Position numbers and translations under genes: made by a program
Source of the DNA: an uncultured Nitrososphaerota archaeon
Lineage (GTDB): Archaea > Thermoproteota > Nitrososphaeria > Nitrososphaerales > Nitrosopumilaceae
Direction of reading: 5' to 3'
Assembly (NCBI GenBank): GCA_963701075.1
Contig: OY969559.1
Span: 1,440,001 to 1,504,000, forward strand
Length of the DNA stretch: 64,000 bases
The notes under the pieces: generated by a model
Databases searched by the model: none
Told to the model about the DNA's origin: nothing
Seen by the model: the letters and a program-made list of their open reading frames with translations, nothing else
Shown here: piece by piece, positions 39,812 through 49,442 of the stretch
Position numbering within the stretch: the first letter of the stretch is position 1
How the letters are laid out: the number at the start of each line of letters is the position of its first letter

Positions 39812-40411
39812 TTGTTTTCTATATCAACCCTTACTGATGTAGTTAGAATTCCTCCAAAGTTATTTGGCGAGTCACTGAAAAAGGCAGCCATAACAATTTT
39901 GAGAGAGAAGTATGAAAGTATGATAAATCCTGAATTGGGATATGTCATAATGATCATGGATACCAAAGTCGAGAAGATGGGTAAAATCATTGCAGGAGAC
40001 GGAGGTACTTATCACAGAGTAGAGTTTACCGCACTTACATTCCATCCAAAGCTTCAAGAAATTGTCAGAGGCGAAATTGTTGAAATTACAGACTTTGGAG
40101 CATTTGTAAGAATTGGTGCAACAGATGCTTTGTTACACTTGTCACAAATAATGGATGACTATCTAAAGAGCGATGTAAAGTCTGGCATGATTTTGGCTAA
40201 CCAAAGTGGAAGAACCATGAAGATTGGTACAACTCTTCGAGCAAGAATTACCGCAGTGTCATTAGGCAAGACTGCTGCAATGAAAGTTGGTATAACTTGC
40301 AGACAACCATTTCTTGGTGCAGATGAATGGATCGAAGAAGAGATAAAGAAAGCAAAAACTCCTCCAACACCACAAGCTGAAAAGGCTAAAAAACCTGTAG
40401 AAGCCAAGTGA
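39812..40411 (+). CDS. rpoE1: RNA polymerase subunit Rpo7 (E')
   Basis: VRIPP..FG, GDGG.YH.V.F, FGAFV.IG..D.LLH.SQ and RQP.LG. Confidence 0.96.
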   Translation: MFSISTLTDVVRIPPKLFGESLKKAAITILREKYESMINPELGYVIMIMDTKVEKMGKIIAGDGGTYHRVEFTALTFHPKLQEIVRGEIVEITDFGAFVRIGATDALLHLSQIMDDYLKSDVKSGMILANQSGRTMKIGTTLRARITAVSLGKTAAMKVGITCRQPFLGADEWIEEEIKKAKTPPTPQAEKAKKPVEAK

Positions 40412-40417
40412 TAAAAA

Positions 40418-40606
40418 ATGGTTAGAGAGATGGCTTGCCGCAAGTGCAAATTTGTAACCATTGGCAAGGTATGTGCAATTTGTAAATCAACAGACCTAAC
40501 GCCTGACTGGAGTGGCGCTGTTCTCATAGTGGATCCCATAAACTCAGTCATTGCAAAATCTTTAGGAATAACTGAAAAAGGAAAATACGCCCTCAAGGTA
40601 ACTTAG
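40418..40606 (+). CDS. spt4: Transcription elongation factor Spt4 (RpoE'')
   Basis: ACRKC...C.IC.S..L..DWSG...DP..S.IAK.LGI...G.YALKV. Confidence 0.95.
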   Translation: MVREMACRKCKFVTIGKVCAICKSTDLTPDWSGAVLIVDPINSVIAKSLGITEKGKYALKVT

Positions 40607-40607
40607 A

Positions 40608-41435
40608 TTGCACAGTCGTGCAAAAAAAGCACTAGAAACATTTCTCAAAGAAGATATTGGTAAAGGTGACATTACAAGTAATCTTCTTCCAAGAAAAAAA
40701 ATTTCTGCAAACATAATTTCGCGTCAGAGAGGCATTATTGCAGGAACGCCATATGTCAAAGAAATATTTACTTCAAGAAACTGTAAAGTCAGAATTCTAA
40801 AAAATGACGGTAGCAAGATAGAGCCTAACGACAAGATAATGATAATCTCAGGCCCTGCATACTCAGTTTTATCGTGTGAGAGGACCGCACTTAACTTGCT
40901 ATCAAGAATGAGCGGAATTGCAACCCAGACAAACAAGTTGGTAGGAATCATCAAAAGTACTAATCCAAAAGTAGAACTCTATTCCACAAGAAAAACTGCT
41001 CCTGGCTTACGTATTTTTGACAAAGAGGCCATAGAGATAGGAGGCGGCAGAAAACATCGAATTTCTCTTGACCAGATGGTCATGATAAAAGATAATCATC
41101 TAGCAGTTGCAAAGTCATTGCAAGACATAATACGTGCTGCAAAAAAACGATATAAAAAATTTGAAGTAGAGGTTGAAAACCTGGATGATGCAATAATAGC
41201 TGCAAGAGAAGGAGCGACAATCATAATGCTTGACAACATACCCCCAAAAGAGATCTTGCGTATTATCCAAGTCTTAAAACGACTCAATCTTCGAAGAGGG
41301 ATAAAAATAGAAGCGTCAGGCGGGATAGATGAATCAAATGTAAAGTCATATGCCAGAACTGGCATAGACATCATTTCCATTGGAAGATTGACCAGTTCTG
41401 CTCAAGGATTGGATTTGAGTCTTGAAGTTAACTGA
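40608..41435 (+). CDS. nadC: Quinolinate phosphoribosyltransferase
   Basis: ED.G.GDIT, ER.ALN.L..MSGIAT, TRKT.PG.R, MIKDNH, EVEV, MLDN and EASGGI. Confidence 0.96.
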   Translation: MHSRAKKALETFLKEDIGKGDITSNLLPRKKISANIISRQRGIIAGTPYVKEIFTSRNCKVRILKNDGSKIEPNDKIMIISGPAYSVLSCERTALNLLSRMSGIATQTNKLVGIIKSTNPKVELYSTRKTAPGLRIFDKEAIEIGGGRKHRISLDQMVMIKDNHLAVAKSLQDIIRAAKKRYKKFEVEVENLDDAIIAAREGATIIMLDNIPPKEILRIIQVLKRLNLRRGIKIEASGGIDESNVKSYARTGIDIISIGRLTSSAQGLDLSLEVN

Positions 41436-42366
41436 TTGCAAGCATGCGCTCTATAGCTAGATGCGCTTTTTGCGCAATATTTTTTGGAACCTTGACTTCG
41501 TATTTTTCTTCCTTCAATGACAAATAGACCTTGTCAAGCGTTATCATCTTCATATATTTACAAACTGCAGAGTCTGACATTGGTATGAATTCTTTTTCAG
41601 GGTTTTGCTTTCTCATTCTGTACAGTATGCCTGTTTCTGTAGCAACAACGAATGTCTTTCCGCTAGAATTCTTTGCATGGTTCATCATTCCTTCTGTTGA
41701 CAAGATCTGAACTTGCCTGTTACCATAATCTCCACATGCAACATCGTACATGACAGATGAAGTGCAACTACACTCTGGGTGAACCAAAAACTCTGCACTT
41801 GCATATTGCGTTAGTTTTTCTTGTACTTCTTGTGGTCGTATACCTGCATGGACGTGACATTCTCCTGCCCAGATGTACATGTTTTTTCTTTCTGTCACTT
41901 TGGCTACATATGAGCCAAGAAACATATCAGGCAAAAAGAGTACTTCTTTATCGACTGGGATTGATTTTACTACATTAACGGCGTTAGACGATGTGCAGCA
42001 ATAGTCAAGCTCAGCCTTTACCTCAGCAGACGTATTTACATAACCTACAGTCACCGCGCTTGGGTGCTCACTTTTCCATTTTCTTACTTGATCAGCATTA
42101 ATAGTATCTGCAAGAGAACAGCCTGCCGACAGGTCTGGAATAAGCACCTTTTTGTCAGGACAGACAATTGCTGCAGTCTCTGCCATGAAATGCACCCCAC
42201 AAAATAGAATTGTTTTATGGTTAGTTTTTGCAGCTTGACGAGAAAGCCCTAATGAATCACCTACATAATCTGCGACATCTTGCACTTCGGGTAATTGATA
42301 ATTATGAGCAAGAATCAGCACATCGTTCTGTTCTTTTAGTTTAAGAATTTCTGATTTTAGGTCCAT
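41428..42366 (-). CDS. nadA: Quinolinate synthase
   Basis: LAHNYQ, GDSL.L, FCGVHFMAE, AGCSLAD, YVNTSA, HPEC and C.YMK. Confidence 0.97.
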   Translation of the reverse strand: MDLKSEILKLKEQNDVLILAHNYQLPEVQDVADYVGDSLGLSRQAAKTNHKTILFCGVHFMAETAAIVCPDKKVLIPDLSAGCSLADTINADQVRKWKSEHPSAVTVGYVNTSAEVKAELDYCCTSSNAVNVVKSIPVDKEVLFLPDMFLGSYVAKVTERKNMYIWAGECHVHAGIRPQEVQEKLTQYASAEFLVHPECSCTSSVMYDVACGDYGNRQVQILSTEGMMNHAKNSSGKTFVVATETGILYRMRKQNPEKEFIPMSDSAVCKYMKMITLDKVYLSLKEEKYEVKVPKNIAQKAHLAIERMLAIS

Positions 42367-42461
42367 TGTTCAGAATAAAGCTGGTCTTCCTTTCCATTTA
42401 AAGGGTCATGATATTGACAAATTTGTAGTCAGGCTGAATACATTGTGGCAATATTTGCCAT

Positions 42462-43358
42462 TCATGTTCCTATTTGTATTTCTCCGTCACAAATCTTCCT
42501 TAGGCATTCAATTGCAGAAAGGATTGCAAGTCTGCTTGTTTTGGGATTGCTCTCACTTGGAACGTTTTCAATTTTTATAGAAAACTTTCCAAACTTTCCA
42601 CTGGCCTGTATCTCATGAGTGTTTTTGTCAGTTTTTGGGTCGGCAACTATTCTTACCTTGGTTTTCGTGCTTCCAATTCCAGCCAAGCTGATAAGTGCAG
42701 CAACGTTAATGTTTGCAGGAAAGAGTCTTACTGCCTCTTCTGCCGTTCCGTCGTATATTACAGTAGATTCTTTTATTTCATCTGGGCTTATTTTTGAAGT
42801 CTCGAAAAATTTTGCCCCCTTTAGCGCTTTGGGATTCTTGGTTGTAACTAATACTATTGATTCTAATTCGTCTTTTACTGCTCTAATACTATCAAGTCCG
42901 GCAATTGCTCCAGACGGAAGAAAGACATGTTTGTTAAAATCCTTGCAGCCTTCAGATACTATCTCAAATATGGATTCATCCAATAATGCACCAACGCTCA
43001 TTATCATCATGTCTTTCCTGTTTTGAAGGATAGATAACGCGTTATCTCTAACTGCATCCTGAGAAGCAGCCTCAATTATCAGATCTACTGGCGATGCTGC
43101 CAGCAGACCAGCATTTTCTGTTATTACGGGTTTGTTTTTTAGTTTTGAGACTAGTCGTTGTGATGAGTCTTTGGAAAAATCAAATACGTGGGTAAGTTTT
43201 GCATGAATTTTGCCAGAATCTATAGCAACAGCTATTTCTGTCCCTATTGCGCCACAACCCAAAAGTCCTATCCTTTTCAAACCAATACTTTTGGCAAACC
43301 ACCATGTTAAATCTGTTATCGGCTTTACAGGTACACAACACAAAATTGAATTATACAA
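42462..43358 (-). CDS. nadX: L-aspartate dehydrogenase (real start probably near 43280)
   Basis: IGLLGCGAIG, EAAS, MSVGAL, PSGAIAGLD, FPANINVA and NPKTS.LA. Confidence 0.95.
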   Translation of the reverse strand: MYNSILCCVPVKPITDLTWWFAKSIGLKRIGLLGCGAIGTEIAVAIDSGKIHAKLTHVFDFSKDSSQRLVSKLKNKPVITENAGLLAASPVDLIIEAASQDAVRDNALSILQNRKDMMIMSVGALLDESIFEIVSEGCKDFNKHVFLPSGAIAGLDSIRAVKDELESIVLVTTKNPKALKGAKFFETSKISPDEIKESTVIYDGTAEEAVRLFPANINVAALISLAGIGSTKTKVRIVADPKTDKNTHEIQASGKFGKFSIKIENVPSESNPKTSRLAILSAIECLRKICDGEIQIGT

Positions 43359-43390
43359 TTTATTGAGTTACTGTGGAGTAAATTCTAGAA

Positions 43391-44266
43391 TTGGAAACAC
43401 ATGAATCTACGCTTATAGAAAAATTTCTCTTCAGAATAGCAAAACAATGGATTGCAGGCGATACCATGAATGAAGCCCTTCAATCTGCCAAGGTAGCAAA
43501 CAAGAATGGAATGAATGCGGTAATCAACAAGCTTGGTGAGCACATGATGTCAAAGGACCAGATCAGTGACACTGTATCAGAATATCTAGCACTTGTCTTG
43601 AACTTGCGTAAATTCAAGGTTTCTGGAGGCATATCAGTCAAGCCAACCCAGGTAGGTCTGTCTAAAAGTGTCGAGGACTGTATGACCAATCTTGAAAAAA
43701 TAATAGAAAAAGCAACGTCCTCTCAGTCCTTTGTTTGGATAGACATGGAGTCTTCGGAATATACTGATAATACCATCAAGATCTACCTAAGCCTATTTGA
43801 AAAATATGAGAGATTGGGCATGGCAATACAGGCAAACCTCAAGCGTACCGAACAAGATTTGAAGATACTACTAGAGCATGGCGGAAAGATTCGATTGGTA
43901 AAAGGAGCATATAGAGAAAGTAAGAAGAATGCCTACAAAACAAGACATGAAGTAGATGAAAACTACAAGAGACTCACAAAGATGCTTTTTTCATACGGTA
44001 ACGAGTTTGCAATAGCAACTCATGATTCCAAAATGATTGAACTTGCCATGAATTTATCAAAGAAAAATGAGAGAAAGTTTGAGTTTCAGATGTTAAAGGG
44101 AATACGAGACGAACTAAAGCCAGTTTTGATCAAGAGTGGTTTTTCCATATCAGAATACATACCGTATGGAACCAATTGGCTTCCTTATTCAATAAGGCGA
44201 CTAAAGGAAAGAAAACGAAACATCTTGCTTCTTGGGAGTTCTTTTCTTCACTCGCATCGTGTTTGA
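43391..44266 (+). CDS. Proline dehydrogenase
   Basis: ISVKPTQ.G, IDME, QA.LKRT..D, RLVKGAY, ATHD, EFQML.G and Y.PYG..W.PY..RRL.ER. Confidence 0.95.
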   Translation: METHESTLIEKFLFRIAKQWIAGDTMNEALQSAKVANKNGMNAVINKLGEHMMSKDQISDTVSEYLALVLNLRKFKVSGGISVKPTQVGLSKSVEDCMTNLEKIIEKATSSQSFVWIDMESSEYTDNTIKIYLSLFEKYERLGMAIQANLKRTEQDLKILLEHGGKIRLVKGAYRESKKNAYKTRHEVDENYKRLTKMLFSYGNEFAIATHDSKMIELAMNLSKKNERKFEFQMLKGIRDELKPVLIKSGFSISEYIPYGTNWLPYSIRRLKERKRNILLLGSSFLHSHRV

Positions 44267-45813
44267 GTTTGCTCACGCATGAATTGAAGTAAATAGTAAG
44301 CACCACCAGCGCCCTTGCCTGAAATTCCAGAATATTTCCATCCGACAAAAGGCTGAGCTCCAACCATTGCGCCTGTTGTGGCACTAGCTGCTCTATTTGC
44401 ATATGTAACACCTGCTTCAATTTTATTGAAGAAGGATTCAATCTCGTTTTTGTCCTGGCTGAAAATTCCTGCGGTGAGTCCGTAGTTACTCTTGTTGGCT
44501 TCAGATATCGCATCATCAAAGTTGTCAAACTCTTCCACACAAAGAAATGGGACAAACAGTTCTTCTTGTACTAGTTCATGATCTTTTGGAAGGCCTACAA
44601 CAATTGTAGGTTCAACGAAGTTTCCATCCTTGAATTGTGAATCAGATAAAACAGAACCGCCACAAACTATCTTGCCATCTTTTTTTGCAATTTCTGTAGC
44701 CCTTTGGAATTTTTTTAAAGACGCCTCATTTATTACAGGACTAACAAACACGTCTTTTTCCCACGGTTTTCCCATCTTTAGCACCTTGGTCTTTGCAATC
44801 AACTTCTCCACAAACTGGTTTGCAATGTCTTTTTGGACATAGACCCTTGAGCACGCGCTGCATTTTTGTCCGCTATAACCAAATGCTGCTCTCAAGACAC
44901 CATCTGTTGCCTTTTCTAAGTCAGCTGTTTTTGTAATTATTGCAGGGTTTTTTCCCCCCATCTCAGAGATGAACGGTCGTGGAGCACTTTCAACAAATGT
45001 GTTAAAGCCTGACATTCCCACCTCTTTTGAACCAGTAAATGCAATTCCGTCCACAAGAGAACTTTCTAAAATAGTTCTGCCTACAATGCTGCCAGAACCT
45101 GGTACAAAATTTACAACTGCCGGAGGAAGTTTGTGATATATCGCCTCGATGAATTTGTAGGCAGAGATAGGTGAATCACTAGATGGTTTCAATACGACCG
45201 TGTTGCCAGTAATTAATGCACCAGAGGTCATTCCTATTGATATTGCAGATGGAAAGTTAAACGGAGATATGATTCCCCATACACCGTATGGTTTCAATGT
45301 GCTACGAGTTTTTTCATTTTGATTTGCGCTTTGAGTCTCCTTTGAAAAGCCTTGGTTTATCTCAAGTTGTTCTGCGTAGAATCGCATAAAATCTATTGAT
45401 TCATCCAAGTCACCCATGGCCTCTAGTCGGTTCTTGCCATTTTCAAAACTCAATATTGCCGCAAGACTGAATTTGTTCTGTGCAAATACATCTGCTACCT
45501 CTCGAAATATTTGAGATCTTTTTTGGTACGATGTGAGAGACCATTTGTGAAAAGCCTCCTTGGCCGATTCAATCGCATGTAAGGTGTCTTCTTTTGATGC
45601 CAATGGAAAGTTTGCCAAAACAAGGTTCTTGTCAGCCGGAGAGCGTACTTGAAACTGATTGTTGGAAAATATCTCTTTTCCGCCTATTATCATTGGGTAA
45701 TTCTTGCCAAAATCTTTCTTGGTCTGCTCTACTGCCTGATCAAATTTGCGGTGAAATTCATCGGTGATGTTATTGGATGCATACTTGGGCCAAGTGTTTT
45801 CATTTTGGAACAT
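44248..45813 (-). CDS. Delta-1-pyrroline-5-carboxylate dehydrogenase (ALDH family)
   Basis: ISPFNFP, FTGS, EMGGKN, SGQKCSACSR, EELF.P and QPF.GWK.SG. Adjacent to proline dehydrogenase. Confidence 0.92.
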   Translation of the reverse strand: MFQNENTWPKYASNNITDEFHRKFDQAVEQTKKDFGKNYPMIIGGKEIFSNNQFQVRSPADKNLVLANFPLASKEDTLHAIESAKEAFHKWSLTSYQKRSQIFREVADVFAQNKFSLAAILSFENGKNRLEAMGDLDESIDFMRFYAEQLEINQGFSKETQSANQNEKTRSTLKPYGVWGIISPFNFPSAISIGMTSGALITGNTVVLKPSSDSPISAYKFIEAIYHKLPPAVVNFVPGSGSIVGRTILESSLVDGIAFTGSKEVGMSGFNTFVESAPRPFISEMGGKNPAIITKTADLEKATDGVLRAAFGYSGQKCSACSRVYVQKDIANQFVEKLIAKTKVLKMGKPWEKDVFVSPVINEASLKKFQRATEIAKKDGKIVCGGSVLSDSQFKDGNFVEPTIVVGLPKDHELVQEELFVPFLCVEEFDNFDDAISEANKSNYGLTAGIFSQDKNEIESFFNKIEAGVTYANRAASATTGAMVGAQPFVGWKYSGISGKGAGGAYYLLQFMREQTQTRCE

Positions 45814-45929
45814 AACAATACTAGGAATAACGGTCCATAATTAGTTAGCTAGGTGTTGATTTTATGTTAACTGGGGAATGAATCTATTTCAAACGAGAAA
45901 CATTTTATCCTTACAGGTAAAGGTGTTTT

Positions 45930-46769
45930 ATGCTCAATACCGTTTATCGTGATGCCCTAAAGAAGCGAGAGGAAGCAAAATCCATCTTCAAGGGTGAAAC
46001 ATTTGAGCGCATCATCCAAGCTGCCAGAGAAAATTGGATTGAGTATTTTCCTCAGAAGAAGGATTCGATCATAGCAGGCATAGACAGTAGTTATAACAGT
46101 ACAAAGTTTCAAGGGCTTGAATTATGGGTGGTTACCGGCGTATCAATAAAGTCAGACGGTCAAATCATAACTGAGAAGCACAACCAAGGGCTAGGTCAGC
46201 CTACCCCAGAGCTTGAGACACAGGCAAGTAAGATGGAGGTTGAGGCCTGCGCTGCCTCAGTAGACATGGCAGACCTAGTAGCACTTGACGGTTCGCTTTA
46301 TTCACAGTTTCTCACCAGACAGTCTTCACTTGGCAATTCTATTACTTTGGCAATTAAAAAGAAAGGAAATGTTGTTTTCATATCAAAGACATCATCAGCA
46401 AGAAAACAATTTGAAAAACTGGGTTCTGCTGCTGGAGACATCTTCTATTACAACCATGCAGTTAAGGGACCCGGCTTTAGCAAGATATTTGTTGACAATT
46501 CGCTCGGACCAGGCAAAGTGGTGTCATATGTTTATGCAAGACTAAGAGATTCTACGCCACTAATCAAGATCGAGTTACTTGGGTCAGGAATTGTCGAAAA
46601 TGAGATAAAATCCCTTTTGGATAGATTAACAAAAAATAGTGTGGGAGGATATCCATACGCGTTAAAGTTGGCGCATGAAAATTGCAAGATAACCAATTCA
46701 GAGTTGTCAAGACTTGTTAGTCTATATGGACTGACAAACGAGATTGGCTCTAGGGAAGTGCTGAATTGA
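45930..46769 (+). CDS. nurA: NurA 5'-3' nuclease
   Basis: AGIDSS, LDGSL, ISKTS and GYPY.LKLAH. First gene of the repair operon. Confidence 0.93.
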   Translation: MLNTVYRDALKKREEAKSIFKGETFERIIQAARENWIEYFPQKKDSIIAGIDSSYNSTKFQGLELWVVTGVSIKSDGQIITEKHNQGLGQPTPELETQASKMEVEACAASVDMADLVALDGSLYSQFLTRQSSLGNSITLAIKKKGNVVFISKTSSARKQFEKLGSAAGDIFYYNHAVKGPGFSKIFVDNSLGPGKVVSYVYARLRDSTPLIKIELLGSGIVENEIKSLLDRLTKNSVGGYPYALKLAHENCKITNSELSRLVSLYGLTNEIGSREVLN

Positions 46770-48286
46770 TAATAGGGGTTGTAATTGGCGAATCAAAGCC
46801 AACTGAAGTAACCGCACAATCATCAAAACCTCTTTCGGTTGGAGAGTATGTCATAATTGATTCACAGGACGGCAAGATTCTCGGCCTAGTTGAAAAGTCT
46901 GCAATATCAAGTGATGCACTCACAGATGTTAGAAATTTTGATGAGGCAGTTGAGAGCAAAGAAGTTGCCGAGATTAATTCCAGGGACAAAAATTATAAGG
47001 TAAAGATTGGAATACTCGGATTTTTGGACAAGTTACAAAAAGGGCATGTGATAATTCCTGCAATTCCACCACTACCAGGAACTTCAATTCTTGAAGCGAC
47101 ACAACATGACTTGGGGACGATATTTGGACCTGTTGGAAATGAGTGGATTAGGATAGGTGCGCTCTTAAGAAATTCAAGCATTGAAGCAAAAATAAACATC
47201 AACAAAATTGTATCAAGACACTTGGCCATTCTTGCAATGACTGGAATGGGAAAGAGCAACCTTGTTTCACTCATAGCAAAACACGTTGCAACATTAAATG
47301 GCACATTGATTATCTTTGATTATCATAATGACTATGAAAACCTAGATGTTACCAAGATGAATTACATGATGGCAAAAATAAATCCCAGGCTTTTGCCTGC
47401 AGACAAACTAGCCGAAGTCATAGAACTTCGTGAGAATGCAGACAAGCAGCAAAGAGTCTTGCGAGAATCACTTACTGATTCAGTCAAGCAAGCCAAAGAC
47501 TTTTGGTCATCTTTAGAAGAGAATGTTTCTGCATTTGGTCGCACTACAAAGGGCTATGCAGACAGCGCAAGTAGGGTTTTCGACAAAATAGATGATGCCA
47601 AGCATAGATTTTCAGACATACTAGACCCTGACTGTGGAGATCCTGTAGATTTGATAAAGGAAGGCAGAGTAAATGTATTGAACATAGCAGAACTAAGCGA
47701 GAGACAGGCAAATGCCGGGCTGTCATACTATTTACAAGAACTATTACAGCAGAGAAAGGAATCAGTCTGGGAAAGAAAAGGCAAGTCCACACACAGAAAA
47801 AATTACAAGTTTCTTGCACCAATATTTGTCATAATAGAAGAGGCTCACGTGTTCATACCAAAAGGAGAACATACCGATACTAAATACTGGGCCTCAAAGG
47901 TAGCAAGAGAAGGCCGCAAGTTTGGAATTGGCCTATGCGTAGTATCGCAGAGACCAAGAAACATTGACCCCAATGTTCTAAGTCAGATGGGCTCTCTTGC
48001 AATAATGAAGATCGTACAAGACGATGATCAGCAACAGATAGCGTCTGCTGCAGAATCATTAAGCAAAGACCTTCTTTCTCAGCTCTCATCTTTGAATATT
48101 GGGGATGCAGTACTAATTGGACAGTGGGTAAACTTGCCTTCCATAGTACACATAGATGAAGTAAAAAGTAAAAAATCTGGCTCTGACTTGGATGCAGTAT
48201 CAGAATGGAATCAAACAGACAAATTCAAAGACATTGCAAAAGAAACAACACAAGGACTAATCCAAAAAGACCTGTTGCTTGATTGA
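46766..48286 (+). CDS. herA: HerA DNA translocase/helicase
   Basis: RHLAILAMTGMGKSN, IFD.H..Y, IEEAH and AREGRKFG.GL..VSQRP. Confidence 0.95.
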   Translation: MIIGVVIGESKPTEVTAQSSKPLSVGEYVIIDSQDGKILGLVEKSAISSDALTDVRNFDEAVESKEVAEINSRDKNYKVKIGILGFLDKLQKGHVIIPAIPPLPGTSILEATQHDLGTIFGPVGNEWIRIGALLRNSSIEAKININKIVSRHLAILAMTGMGKSNLVSLIAKHVATLNGTLIIFDYHNDYENLDVTKMNYMMAKINPRLLPADKLAEVIELRENADKQQRVLRESLTDSVKQAKDFWSSLEENVSAFGRTTKGYADSASRVFDKIDDAKHRFSDILDPDCGDPVDLIKEGRVNVLNIAELSERQANAGLSYYLQELLQQRKESVWERKGKSTHRKNYKFLAPIFVIIEEAHVFIPKGEHTDTKYWASKVAREGRKFGIGLCVVSQRPRNIDPNVLSQMGSLAIMKIVQDDDQQQIASAAESLSKDLLSQLSSLNIGDAVLIGQWVNLPSIVHIDEVKSKKSGSDLDAVSEWNQTDKFKDIAKETTQGLIQKDLLLD

Positions 48287-49442
48287 GATGATTTTCTCAC
48301 ATATTTCTGATATACATCTTGGTTTTGTGCAATATCACTCAGAGGAACGTGAAGATGACATTTACTCAGCGTTCAACCAAGCCATAGATACTTCAATAAA
48401 AGACCACGTCAATTTTGTGATATTTGCAGGAGACATTTTTCACGTGCCAAACCCAAGTGGTAAGGCAATTGTTGTGCTAGCAAACGCCCTGAAACGATTA
48501 AGACAAAATAACATCGAGTCATTCTTCATTTTGGGAGAGCATGACATTAGCCGAATAAGGTCGACTCCGGTTCCTTTCGTATACCATAATTTAGAATTTT
48601 CAAGATACATAGGAAATGGTAAACCCCTTGTGTACAACGATATCCTCATAACTGGTTTTGACAAGAGGCGAAAGGGCGAGATCCACACATTTGAGAACGA
48701 TTTTGCCACTGCTGATCTAGCAGCAAAAAACCACCAGGGGCATAAGATATTGGTTTTACATCAAGGTATTTCTGAAATCAATAAATTTGCTGGAGAGTTA
48801 AATTCTACAGATCTACCAAAGAATTTTACATATTATGCAATGGGCCATTTACACGACCAAGATCTAAAAAGATTCTCTCACCTAGGAGGACCCTTGGCAT
48901 ATCCAGGATCTATAGAAATGACATCAAGTGAGAGCATAAAAGACGCCCAAAAGGGCTTTTACCAAGTTGACATATCAGGTCCCGAAGTCATTCCAAATTG
49001 GATAAAACTAGACATTAGACCTCAGATGTCTTCTAGGATATCAATTGACAAACTTTCCGATGAGATTGGCGTACTCTCTGAGAAGATAAAGTCATGTAGT
49101 AGAAAACCAGTGGTAGAGATAAGAATAACTGGTGATGCCTTAGATACAGGATTTATTCAAACACAGATCTCGCGGTTATCTGAATTGACTTTACGTTGTT
49201 TTTGGAAACATGTTTCATCTGAACAAAAAGACGGTTCTGTATTCATTGAAAGACCATTAAAAATAGAAGAAGAGATGCATAAGATAGCAAAAGATATTCT
49301 TGGCTCCAATGAGCTTGCAAATTTTGCTATAAATGAACTATTGCCGCTCCTCTCAAAGGGAAGTATCGAGGAGGCAAATGTTGCAATCAATGAAAATTAT
49401 ATACAATTCAAAAAGGGATTGAGAAATGCTACGATCAGTTGA
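48279..49442 (+). CDS. mre11: Mre11 nuclease
   Basis: HISDIHLG, AGDIF, GEHD, LVLHQ, YYAMGHLH and YPGSIE. Confidence 0.95.
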   Translation: MIEMIFSHISDIHLGFVQYHSEEREDDIYSAFNQAIDTSIKDHVNFVIFAGDIFHVPNPSGKAIVVLANALKRLRQNNIESFFILGEHDISRIRSTPVPFVYHNLEFSRYIGNGKPLVYNDILITGFDKRRKGEIHTFENDFATADLAAKNHQGHKILVLHQGISEINKFAGELNSTDLPKNFTYYAMGHLHDQDLKRFSHLGGPLAYPGSIEMTSSESIKDAQKGFYQVDISGPEVIPNWIKLDIRPQMSSRISIDKLSDEIGVLSEKIKSCSRKPVVEIRITGDALDTGFIQTQISRLSELTLRCFWKHVSSEQKDGSVFIERPLKIEEEMHKIAKDILGSNELANFAINELLPLLSKGSIEEANVAINENYIQFKKGLRNATIS